DNA of 53,575 bases, filler included, from Bipalium vagum (lineage: Eukaryota): the NCBI GenBank assembly GCA_037834085.1. It is 3 parts of 3 records of this genome, joined end to end, with 100 filler letters (N's around TTAATTAATTAA, not from the genome) between each part and the next. Parts side by side here need not be neighbours in the genome. Positions count along the whole stretch, not along the records: positions 1 to 17,140 come from JBBMKC010077022.1; 2 more parts are not named here. The stretch is one strand, 5' to 3'. How positions within the stretch are numbered: the stretch's first letter is position 1; each line of letters opens with the position of its first letter. This document shows positions 1 to 11,758 of this stretch, piece by piece. A model generated the notes under the pieces. The model was not told the origin of the DNA. It worked only from the letters and a program-made list of their open reading frames with translations, and searched no databases. The translations under genes were made by a program, and so were the position numbers.

Positions 1-379
1 GTTAATTTTTAAAAAGTAAATAATTTAATTTTAATAAAAGGTGAGGTCCAAGTTTGAAAAGTTTGTTTAATTAATCTAATTTAATGAAATATATTATTAT
101 TATGGCTTCGACTTTGAATTCTTATTTAAAAATGACTACACAAGAATATAACTGTGAGAAAACAAGCTGAAGGAGAATAATAATAAAAACAATAAAAATA
201 TGATTATTATTTATAATTTTAATAAAAATAATAATTTCAGCGTTAAAATGATGTTAAAAATATTTTCTTTAACAAAATCAATATAAATTATTAATCGATT
301 CAAACTTAAATTTATATTGATAATTAATTAATTATCAATAATATTTTGTTGATTGAAGAGTATTCATTTTTCGTCGTTA

Positions 380-1250
380 GTTTCAAGCTTGTTTCTGACT
401 GGACGGCAGAAGGGGATTATTTTATCTTAATGAGGCTTTTTGATGTTATCCATTATTCCTTAATGAAGATTTTTTATAACTAGGCATGTAATGTTGCCTG
501 TCATTAAAGAGTAATAATTTTCCCTCAACAGCCGGCCTTCTTCCTATGAGGTTTCACAATTGTTTAAAATGGATAGATGGGTCTGGAATTTATGATATTT
601 TTGAAAAAGAAAAACAACGTTGTCTTAGAGTTATAATTGATTGATTGGGTGTATAAAAATAATAGTCCTTTATCAAAATTGAAAAGGATAATAAATTTTC
701 GTGAACCCACCTCAAATGACCTGAGAGAGAACTCGTGTTTGGTGAAGGAGCTTCGTCTCAATAGCTTTATTTAAATTTTTATTTGATTCTATTCTTAATT
801 TAATTTACTAATATTTTTATGTAAGTGTATTTTGATAACTATTTGCTAGTTAATTAACCGTGTTTATAACCATTAGTTTTTAACCAAAAAAATCGAAGAC
901 AGTCGTTATGCCTTTACTGGTATACCTTTGTCTTGATTGATCAAAATAAATTGTTTTGTCACACAAAACTAGGTAGTAAAAGATTAAGTTTCCCGAGTAA
1001 GGAAAATATTATTAATTAAGAAAAAAGAGCATAGTTTGATTTAAGCCGGAAAATGTGGCTGCTTTGTCGTTAAGAAGATTATCTCTCAATTCTGAGAGTT
1101 TGTGATTTGACTGATTGAAGAGTCATAAATGAAGCGAAATAAATTGTGATAGGGAATTGATCACAACTTTTGTGTTATCTTAAGAAGTCAAAGGGTGTTT
1201 TATAAATGAAAGGTTCTGCTACAAATAATTTCTGGTACTGTCAACACCCA
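380..1250 (-). mobile_element. Highly decayed non-LTR retrotransposon (RT region) relic
   Basis: Broken minus-strand frames give KTTLFFFFKNIINSRPI (like the RT motif GRTTLIxK...NYRPI), then KAGC and KNLH*GIMDNIKKPH (like EQxGC and NLxxAWIDYKKAFD) in the expected order. Many stops and frameshifts; ends approximate. Confidence 0.35.
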
Positions 1251-2609
1251 TTGATACGTTCGTTTTGAATATTTGTTAAGTTTCAACCTGAAAAGATAAT
1301 GTAATATGAAAATGATTATTAATATTTAATCGGGTTAAGAAGATTGAAATTGGACTTTTTACTTTTATTGGGTTAAGAATATCAATAGTGGACTTTTTAG
1401 GAACTTCTGTATTTATATTATTTTATTTTCTGTATTTTTAATTATAGTAACTTTATGTTACTATTTTTAGATTTCACATTAAAAATTTTGACTATAAATT
1501 TATTTATAGTAACATTTATTAAAATTTTTATTGAAAAAATTATTTATAGTAACTTTATGTTACTAAACAATTTTTCCAAATATTTTATAAATTAATCATC
1601 AAAATGATTAATTTTTTAATTAATTATAATTATAACAATAATTTTTTGTATTTTATATATTATTTTTACTATAATTTTATATTTCATATTTTACTTTATA
1701 TTTTAGACAGATAGGAAGGATAATTAATAAAACTTCGGGTTTTAACTTAACATAAAAATAAAAATTATATTTACATGAAAATAAAATTTATACGACAATA
1801 AATTTTATAATTTTTTAATAAAAATAAAATTTATAAATAATAAATAAAATTTATAATTTTTATACGACACAAAAACAAAAACATAAAAAACACTAGAATG
1901 TTTTTCAAAATCACAAAATTGTCATTTATTGTTTTTAGAATTTGAGATTGGATTTGGGATTGAATTTGGGACTGGGTCTGGGAGTCTCTACATATTTGAT
2001 ACACCGAACGTGTGTTCTGAGAATAATGGGTTCTTTTGGTTATAGTTGAATTATTTCAAAGTCATCCGCATCATCTAAAGCGAAATCTGATGGATCAAGT
2101 AAAGTAAATCAAAGTGAAAGGGATGAACAATTTTTTATTTATTAAAACAAAAATAAAAATTTTTGATTCATTAAAACGAGACAATAGTTTTTTAACAACA
2201 CAAATCACATTCCTCAGTACTATTTAATAAGTAATAATAATTAATATAATATTATAAATAAAAACTCAAAAATATTAATAAATAATCTATAAAAAATGAA
2301 TGAAAATATTAAGTTATTTTAAGTAAAAATCCGAATAATTCTTTAATTAATTCCAAAAATTATTATTATTATTATTATTATTATTAATTAATAAAAAAAA
2401 TTAATATTAGTGAAAAATAATTATGTTAATTAAAGAACCCTTATAGCTAGAATTTTTGCAGAAATAATATTTTTATCCTCTGTCAGATCAAGCGTTTTGT
2501 AACTACACTTGAATCTGAATGAAATGTAAACAATATTATATTATCATCTATAACTATTAATTATTTTTTAAATAGACGCATTTCAAATTTTGGGCAAATA
2601 TTTTTCAAA

Positions 2610-3800
2610 CATTTATTATCAAGAAACATGTTTCGAATTATTATCAGTTCATCATCAGTCATTCATATTTAAAACAACACACTTTATTTATCAAAACATC
2701 TGTCTAATTTTTAATTTAAATATTTTGTAAAATTCTGAATGGTGGAAATTATTATTTTAAATTTTTAAAAAATTATTTTCTCTTTATTAAAGAAAAAATT
2801 TTTTAATTAATTAATCTGAGAAAACATTGACTATCCATTGGCTTTTACTTTCTCCAGTTTGAATATGGATCTCCGGTTGCCGCTCTTTTTTAAATAACGA
2901 TTCGCATATCTTCCCTTCATTGTTATTATCAAAATTATTCATAAGTTTTCAAAATTCTTCAGCATTAACTTTCCCTTTTCGCATAACACAATTCAAAGAA
3001 TGATCTAAAACTTTACCCGTTCTGCTTAATTGCGAATGTTCGCTAATACGTGTTCTGAGGTGACGCTTTGTCTCCCCTGTTTATACGCTATTACACCCAT
3101 GACATTTAAATTCATATACGATATAAGCTTGCAATATTGCAGTTGTTGGCGTTTTAATTTTTAAAAAGCTTTTTGTTTTTGTTGTCATTGAAATAACTTT
3201 TAAATCGTCAAGCTCAACAGTTTTTTCTATTATGTTCTTGAATGTTCTAAATCCTTTTGAAAATGGTATTTTTAGTACGTTCTTGAACTCTTCTTTTCTA
3301 TTTTCAATTTTCTTTTCATCTTTTTCTTTTCCAGTTATTAATTTGCTAATAGTTCCATTGATTATTTTTTCTATCTTTCTATCTGGATATGCATTCTTTT
3401 TCAACCTTTCTTTGATAATATCCAGTTCTTTATCTATCCCTTTATAATCTGATGTTAAAGACCATAATTCACTTTTATATCTTTCTTCACAGAAACTATT
3501 GTTTGACGTGTATAGTTCTGTATCCGTCTCTTTCTAAATATATTAATCTTTAATTTATTATTCACTTTCTCATTTTTAATGATAACATCTAGAAATGGTA
3601 GTTTTTCATTTCTTTCTTTCTCCATCGTGAAATTAATATTTTCATATAGACTATTCATGTGTGTGAAAAATGGATTGATGTGATTCTCACTTTCGAATAT
3701 TAAAAATACATCATCAACATATCTTTTATAAGCCAGTGATTTACTTCTTTGGTAATTGTCGATTTTCATTTCTAAGTAGTCCATAAATTTTGATGATAAA
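2610..3800 (-). mobile_element. Penelope-like retroelement, 5'-truncated, inactivated (RT C-terminus + GIY-YIG endonuclease)
   Basis: ORF 3455-3832 has YKRYVDDVF...NINFTMEKE..KLPFLDVII. ORF 3081-3404 continues through a stop into IVYEFKCHGCNSV*TGETKRHLRTRISEH, the PLE GIY-YIG signature. Confidence 0.9.
2618..2665 (-). ncRNA. Degenerate minimal type I hammerhead ribozyme in a Penelope pseudo-LTR
   Basis: Minus strand reads CTGATGA-T-GAACT-gataat-AATTC-GAAA-CATGT-T: both core boxes, a 4/5-paired helix II and the palindromic ACATGT helix III typical of PLE minimal hammerheads. It lies just 3' of the GIY-YIG region. Helix I is weak. Confidence 0.55.
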
Positions 3801-4436
3801 TTATTAATTAACTTAAGGAACTGACAGACCAATGTACTGAGGGAATGTCATGTTTAAAATAAAAATAATTTATTTCAGATCATATTTTTATGCTAATAAT
3901 TAATAAACATTACATTTAATTGTGGGTTTTATTAGTTTTTTTAGAGATGAAATCATCATTACGTTTTACTTATGTTTCATAAATTCATAAATAGTAAATA
4001 TTAAATATAATTAAATTTTGTAGTAATAGTAATAGTACATTTTCTAAACAAAATAAATTTCCATTGCACAATTTAATATATAATCTCGGAAAATATTTAA
4101 GAAAAATACATTAGTAATTATTAGTAATAATAAAATATTCTTCGTAGAGAAAGTCATTAATGTCCCATAATAATATATTACACAAATCATTAAATGTTTA
4201 TCAATTATTTTTAATAAAATGCGTATTCAAATTTATTATCATAGAAGTCAAACTTAAGAAATTGTTATTTTAAAAATTTACTAATAGTAGGAAATTATAA
4301 ATCAGGATATATTTTTATTCAATTTTTTTTGAAAAATATCAGTTGAAATTAATTGACAATACCATTATTTCATTATCCTTGAAAACAGAATTTGTTTTAA
4401 AACTCCAGCTAGCGGCGACCTTTTTAAACATTATCC

Positions 4437-5063
4437 ATGCTCAAAGATTTACTGTCGCAATCATTTCAAAGCAAATTTATCGCTGTTTGTCGTTCTCTCA
4501 TGAGATACAAGTTCAATATGAAATTTATTGAAGACGCTCCAAATGAAGACATAAAAATGGTTCTCGTCGTGAGGACCGATTTAGGAATAACCAAAGGTAA
4601 AATTGCTTCACAAGTATGGATTTTGTTTCTCACAAATTAAGAAAAGATTAATTTATTCACCGTCACAGTGTGCTCATGCGGCTGTCGGTTGTTACAAAAT
4701 AACCTCGTTGAACTCGCCGAACACGGTACGACTATGGGAGACCAAACACGGTCAAGCCAAAGTGATCGTCAAAACAGAAACGGAACAGTCCTTGTATGGG
4801 CTTGATTCTTGTTTTTAAGAGCTCCACTTTGATTCCACCGTTTAGATTGACTTTGGATTCGGCTGCCAGATCGCTCGGGCTGACCAGCCTCATTGTCTTT
4901 GATGAGGGAAGAACTCAGGTCAGTCGGGGCACCGCCACGGTCTTGGGGATTGGTCCAGGTTTGATTTTGTGTCACTGTTGAGGTTTAACTGATTTGAGAC
5001 TCGTTTTGTGTAGGTCCAATGTCATTGGTTGACAGGGTGACAGGAGAATTGAAGCTATACTGA
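4437..5063 (+). CDS. PTRH2: Peptidyl-tRNA hydrolase 2 (PTH2/Bit1), 154 aa; exons 4437-4613, 4669-4793, 4846-4958, 5014-5063
   Basis: Spliced product has KMVLVVRTDLGITKGKIASQCAHAAVG, GQAKVIVK, DEGRTQV..GTATVLGIGPGP..VDRVTGELKLY*. Three GT-AG introns (55, 52, 55 nt) restore the frame exactly. The start codon choice (4437 versus downstream ATGs) is uncertain. Confidence 0.93.
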
Positions 5064-7574
5064 TAGATCGATACCGCTCCTTTTCTTTCGATTCTGTCCT
5101 TTCTTATTTTTTTCGGGTGTTTTATCAGGAACAATTATGCAACAGCATTATAGAACTCGGATCGAAATCAAAACTTACTCCAATCACTCATTCATGACGA
5201 CCTCTTAGTCAAAATATTCTAATATATTTTCATAAATTTCAAAAATAGTTTTTTGAAGTGAAACTTTATTTGCAATTTTTACGATATGTATATTATTATA
5301 TTATTGCCTGCCAGTTATGTGGTTGTTTGGTCTTACTGTATGATCGCTTTTGTACTTCTCACTAAATTGTTTTTTGATTTTTCGGCCTCTAAAATTTTTT
5401 ATAGAAAATTAAAATTTATAATTTTGTGATCCTAAAAATATAATACAAAAAATCAAAGAAAACCGATTTTAAAAATTTATTAAGAGAGGGAAATTCATGG
5501 ATGGATGTTTTAATAAGATAAATAATAAAAGAATAGGTATATTGTCTTTCAAATAGACAAATCAAGATAACCATAGTAGATTTTATAGAGGACCTCTCTA
5601 TCCTAGAAGGTCATAGAGGAGAATTTTCAGAGAGAAATTTTAGATCGCTAAAGCGACAGTCACTAGGATAAATTTGCAATGCAAATCTTTTACTAATATT
5701 TTTTCGACGGAGTGGTTTTCTTGCTTCAATATGTCCAAGCACGCCTTTTTCTTGTAATCGTCGTTGAATGGTTGACAGAAATAGTCAAAGATAACTTCAT
5801 TTATTTCAGCTCTGATATCGGTTGCAGTAATAATCGTTCGTTCTTTTTGATATTTTTCGAGTACAGCCAGATCAGCGATCAAAGTCTATACCTGTTTCGC
5901 GGTGACGCGATATTTTTCGAAATTGTTTCCTTTGAACACTTTCAAATTTTTTGTGATTTCCGCGCATGACTTACCTGTTTCACTCAAAATAACTTCTCAG
6001 TTCGAATTTTTTTGATTTAGCCATTACAATCATTTTGAGGAAATGCAAGATTGATAAGATTTAAAGTAAATAATTTACTTCACGTAAGCATTACCTTTAA
6101 ATAAAGACCTACCGTTATATTAATGTCGAAATATTTTATACTTAACCTTTAATTCAATATTAGATATTAAAACAAAAGCAATATATTAATTGAAAAAATA
6201 TTAAGAAAAGGATGAATGCTAAATAACTTTTTAAAATTTAGTACATTGATGAATGCAAACAAAATATAGATGTCAAATCAAAATTTTAATAGGATCGTAA
6301 AAAAACCTATATAACATAAAAACAATAAATACATAAAAATCGTTGAGTAAAATAATTTAAGTAGACTACATATGACATAAATCTTGATTTTTCATGTGTG
6401 TGTTAGGATTTTCCAATTTTAGACCAGTAATTTAAATATAAAATGTCTTTAATATATGATTTATATTTTTTAAAATATCAAGATTATTGGTTTCACAATC
6501 ATTATTAGTGAAATTATTTTTTTTTATTTAAAAGAAAACACGCTTTATATCAATATGCCGAAATTATAAATTCGATCTATTCGATGGTGCTACGTGAAAT
6601 ATTTTAACATCATTAGTCACAAGAAAGAAGGAGATTGAGAAAATAAAAAGTAGAGAAAGATAGTGAAAATAAATTAATCATTTGAAAAAATTATTAAAGA
6701 TTATCATTTCTTTTCATATTTCTTTATAAAATTTTTTGCTTTAATTTTTTGAAAGATAAATTGTGTTTAGTTTTGTGTTTAGCGATGTTGAGACTGGGAG
6801 AGCGGCAGGGGGTTCAGTAGCCAGATGGATTCGTTTGGGACTGTCAGACATGGTTGTGTGGCATGTAATTTGAGGAGAAATCATTTGATTGGATATTTGT
6901 CGAAAAATCATGATTGTGTCTGTTTTTGAGTAAGTGTGTTCAATACTGTCTGATTTGGTCAAACGATTACTCATCACTATTCATTGGTGTTTTACTTTAC
7001 AGAAGGAAAATAACAGGAATATACTTACTTGATAGTAGATATTTTTGATCGAAACAATGAATCATTGTCGTTTGTTCTGGCATTTTAAAAATATGTCCAA
7101 CATTGATGGAAATATTGAAAATCAGTTCTTATATCTATTTTGATGGTTATTTCTATAAAGGTGTTGACATTAATGAAACCCTTTCAGGAAATCTCAAAGA
7201 AAAAAAAGTTTTTACGCCCGTAAAAATAAATAAATGAACTAACAAATTAACAAAATAAAAATTTATTAATAGTAATTGCTACTATACATCGCTGGTACCT
7301 TTGGAATTTATCTTCAGGATTCGTCATAAAAAAATTGTTCAAAAATTTCCAATTTTTTACTCACAAAACGTTTCCGCTATTGTATCCCAACTCCTTTCTT
7401 CCCCTTCCAATTGATTATTGCATAAACTAAATGGACTCAGCTCGATGACATTCGACTGATAACGGCCTGCTAATAACTTTACCGTTAGTAATCTCGCTTC
7501 ACTCATTTCGTGAGTAGGAAACCAAATGTTATGGTTTCCTCATGTTTCACTCTTCTAAACTGGATCAATCGAAA

Positions 7575-7948
7575 AAGAATAATAATACAGCACTGGCAGG
7601 AAAACATAGGGAAAAATAAAGTAGTTGGATGCCTTTGAAATTTTACCACATCTAGCTTATAGTGAAGTTCTCGCGCCATTAAACTATCATTTTTTTAGGT
7701 CTATGACACATTTTCTGCGAGGTTGCTGTTTCAATGATTCGGATGAGGTAGAAAAATGGTACCAAGACTTTTTCAGCTCCAAAGACATAGACTGATATCA
7801 ACTCGGGATCCAACAACTTGCCGATATATGGATTTAAACTATTAATCCAAATGACCTTTATTTTGAAGCTTAACAAAGATTTGTTCTTGTTCTATTTTGT
7901 TTTTAATTTTTGATTAAAAACACGAAGACTTATGGACCACCTTAATAA
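7575..7948 (+). mobile_element. mariner transposase C-terminal relic with 3' terminus
   Basis: Translates as FEILPHLAYSEVLAPLNYHFFRSMTHFL..F....V..W...FF.SK (YSPDLAPxDYHLF motif), followed by a TIR-like end ...cttatggaccaccttaata. Confidence 0.8.
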
Positions 7949-8250
7949 TATAAGTAATTATAAATGTAATAATATTAAGTTTACAAAATTGAATTTTCTT
8001 TTTAAAAAAATAATTTAAGATAATTTTAACTTAAATTTATTTTCACTTAATAAACTTAATGTATATTGGTATCCATTTTTAAATAAAATCAAATAATTTG
8101 AATATAAATTAAAATGGATTTTACTTATAATCTTTGTTTAAACTACCTTCTTTGTTTATTTCACAAAATTGTAAAGTAAAAATTCAATTTTGAACAGCTT
8201 CAATTCACTTTCATTTCAAAACGACATTGATTCAATAATTTTATAATCCA

Positions 8251-11200
8251 ATGGAAAGTTCATACGAACGACGACTGTTTGGTTCGTCACCTTTTGTTTC
8301 AGTTAGTATATTGTTAAAACCCAACCTCGAGTTGATTTCTTAACCAACTTTTTAAATTTAATCCTTAAAGCCTATAAAATCTGCACATTCCACTCCAAAC
8401 AAGACCCCCGTTGAGAAAGTGTACCACGACAGATTTATCCCCGTCCGCAATAGCGCCTCTTGGAAAGAGAACAAGCAGCAGGAACATTATCAGATGTTCG
8501 ACATCGAAAACATCCAGAACCAGCCGCTGAACAGTAACGACTGCGACAGCCGATCTGGCAACAATCTCATGGCTGACCTCATTGACAGTGAGCTTGTCAG
8601 TGACACGAACAATTCACACAATTTCGACGCCGAATATAACCCCAATAGCGTCCTTGAAAACCGACGCAATCACAATACCTTCACCGTATTCATTTCAATT
8701 TTTTCTGATTTGATTCTTATTTTGTAATTAATTAATTAATCGATTATTATATCTAGAAAATTTATTCAATTAATTAAATGGATTTTTAATATTTTATCAA
8801 TTTCTTGTTTTTTTAAAAATATCTTCTCAGTTCCGACAAATCAGAGAATCTCCAAGCAAACTGCTCTTTGCCCAAAACACAGAGATTTCGTTTTCGGAAA
8901 ATACGAAACGAATCCTCCAAAGTCCACGACCGGTAATTATGTTGACTTTATTCACAATAATTAATTAATAAATATTTTTAATTTAAAGTCAATAAATCGA
9001 TATATGTGATTAAGTATGATTTTCAAATATTATCAATAATTATTTAATTATTGTATTTCGATCAATATTTCTATGAATTAAATATTGAAAAATATAGCTT
9101 ATTTGTTCGGAATCGATTTGTTCCTATCAATATATCTTTAAACCAAAAAAACCAATATAAAAGAGTCAAATCAATTGAGTAAATTGTCTCAAATGATAAT
9201 TTATTTAAATCAATAATTATAAAATCTATACAAAATAATATCAATTATTGAACATAATTTATTTTACAGTAAAATCAATAATAATTAACATATTCATTTA
9301 TGGAAAAATATGATTGGTAAATTGAATTTTTTTATTGAAATCAATATTTTTTTTAAATAATCGATATTTTTCTTATTTTTAAAATTGTTAAAAACACTTA
9401 AAGATAGACATTTTCCAATTTATTTCAGCAAATCAGAAAAATTCCAAAGTTCCCGTACAAAGTTCTTGATGCTCCCGACTTGCAAGACGATTTCTATCTC
9501 AATTTAGTCGATTGGTCTTCTCAGAACGTTCTGGCGGTTGGATTGGGAACTTGCGTTTATTTGTGGAACGCAGTCTCTTCTGAGGTTGTCTTTGTCTTCT
9601 TTTTTTATCTTAAATTTGTCTCACGTTGTTCTGGTTTCCAGTCGAAATTACGATATAATTTCTTAAATGATAAAATCGACATTATTCTACTATTGATTTT
9701 ATTATACATAAATAAATTAATCCAGTTTTACGCTCCGCGTTTAATGTTTTTTGGTAAATCTTAATTATAAACTAATAATCAGAAATTAATGAAAAAAAAT
9801 TTGATTTATTTCAAAACATAATATTTATGACAATGATTCGCATTGATAAATTGATTATTATAAATATATTTAATCGATAATTATTGGAAATGAATATCTT
9901 TAAATAACTATACATCGTTTTTAAGATTTTTTGGATTTTATGGACGAAAATATTTATTTAATCAACAGAAGTATCGTTGAAATCTGTTGATTGTGATATT
10001 TTTTAAAAACGGAAAAGATTTTTTTCTCATTTTAATTTCTGATTTTCATTTAAAATAATTTTATTAAAATATCAACAAAAATATTGATTTGTTGAATATC
10101 GCTATCATGTTATAAAGTTGATTTTCTTCAGATATCTAAAAATTTTGATCAAAATTGAATTAATTTTTAATTAATTAAATGATAAAATCGATATTATTTG
10201 ATGGTAATTAGAATTTTAAACAAGAGAATTTATGGAAAGATGATTTTAATTATTCCATAAAATGTAAGTCGATAATTTTATTTTAATAATGATTTTTATA
10301 ATAAATCGATCAATTTAATTGGTAATAGTTGAAATTGATCTAATTTTAATGAAAAAATTGTTGTATTTGTTATTTGTTGATTATTATTATTAAAATCGAT
10401 ATTTTGTGCCATAACTGAAATTTTTCTTTCCCTTCTATTCAATAGATCAATCGACTCTGCGATGTGAATTCCGACAACGACACGATAACTTCGGTGGCCT
10501 GGTGCGAGAAGGTCAGTATGTTGTTGATGAGATTAATTTTTGGTCTTGTAAATCATCGATAAGCTATAAAACAATGTTTTACAGGGAACGCGAGTGGCAG
10601 TCGGAACTCATCATGGCAAGGTTCAAATCTGGGACGCTGCCACGGAGCAGCAACTGCAAACACTGGAGGGGCACACAGCGCGAGTGGGAACCCTGGCCTG
10701 GAACGCGGAGCTGTTGGCGTCCGGGAGTCGAGATCGCAACGTGCACTTGCGCGACACGCGGACGTCATCGACGGAGTTTAAGCCGCTCAAGGAGCACCGA
10801 CAAGAAGTATGTGGCCTGAAGTGGTCTCTGGACAAGCAGTACCTGGCGTCGGGAGGCAATGACAATCGATTGGTAGTCTGGAACCTGACCAGTCGTAGTG
10901 GAATGGCGGGGTCGTTTGGGGACAGAGCCATGGGGGCTGGAACCATGAGTAGTGGTACTTCAGGGACGGCGGGTATGGGTTCGGGTGGCGGAGGAGGAGG
11001 ATCTGGTGGAGGAACAGGGGCGGTCGGAGCGGGGTCCGTCTCGACCACCACTGCCGTGAGCTCAAACGCCGGGACCTACTGTCTGAGTCCGTTCATCATC
11101 TATGAGAACCATGCCGCTGCTGTCAAGGCTATCGCGTGGTCGCCGCACCAGCACGGGCTGCTGGCAAGCGGAGGCGGCACGGCAGACCGTTGCATCAAGT

Positions 11201-11758
11201 TCTGGAACATTTTAACGCGACAGGCTGTGCACAGCGTCGACACGGGCAGCCAGGTCTGTAATATCGCCTGGTCACCCCATTCCAACGAGCTCGTGTCAAC
11301 ACATGGCTACTCGCAGAACCAGATAGTCGTTTGGAAATACCCCGGCTGCACACCACTCGCCAAGCTCACCGGTCACTCTTGTCGCGTCCTGTATCTGGCC
11401 CTCAGTCCAGATGGTTCCAATGTCGTCACAGGAGCTGGCGACGAGACCCTCCGCTTCTGGAACGTGTTCGAAAAGCAAAAGTCCACCAAAACCACCACGG
11501 TAAGACCCACATCTAGACTGAATTTCCTTTATGTTTTTCCTTCAATTGATTTTATCAAAACAAAAAAATTCATTTTATTAATATTGATTATTTATTAATT
11601 TTAATGTCAATAAAAAATTATACATTCTTATTAATATTATCAATTATTATGATTTTACTATTATTATATATCCATTCAATTAAAAATAATCAATTGTTAT
11701 ATTTTGTTTTTTTCAGTCTAATCGATCAGCACTCGACCTTTTCAGTGGAATGAGGTGA
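8251..11758 (+). CDS. FZR1: Fizzy-related/Cdh1, APC/C co-activator, 548 aa; exons 8251-8301, 8371-8685, 8831-8932, 9429-9584, 10446-10511, 10585-11499, 11717-11758
   Basis: N-terminal YERRL, C-box [45 protein letters not shown]40 repeats ([72 protein letters not shown]), C-terminal LDLFSGMR*. Six GT-AG introns, all phase 0. [13 protein letters not shown] and RVLYLA favour Fzr over Cdc20. Confidence 0.96.

Noticed and set aside
5969-5977. ACTTACCTG resembling the U1 snRNA 5' end
   Set aside because: No U1 stem-loops or Sm site follow; it is just the complement of a donor-like sequence.
6741-6977. 78-aa ORF in a locally GC-richer patch
   Set aside because: No motif or usable splice context; cannot be assigned.
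8097-8220. CHR-like TTTGAA/TTCAAA elements upstream of FZR1
   Set aside because: Fits a cell-cycle gene, but the hexamer is very common at this AT content and the transcription start is unknown.
10885-11082. The Gly/Ser insert read as an unspliced intron
   Set aside because: It is GC-rich whereas all introns here are AT-rich, has no pyrimidine tract, and no GT-AG pair removes it cleanly in frame.
10502-11516. Several overlapping and antisense ORFs, including the proline-rich 142-aa ORF 10623-11051
   Set aside because: Shadows of the GC-rich FZR1 exon; the poly-Pro is the reverse complement of the Gly codons.
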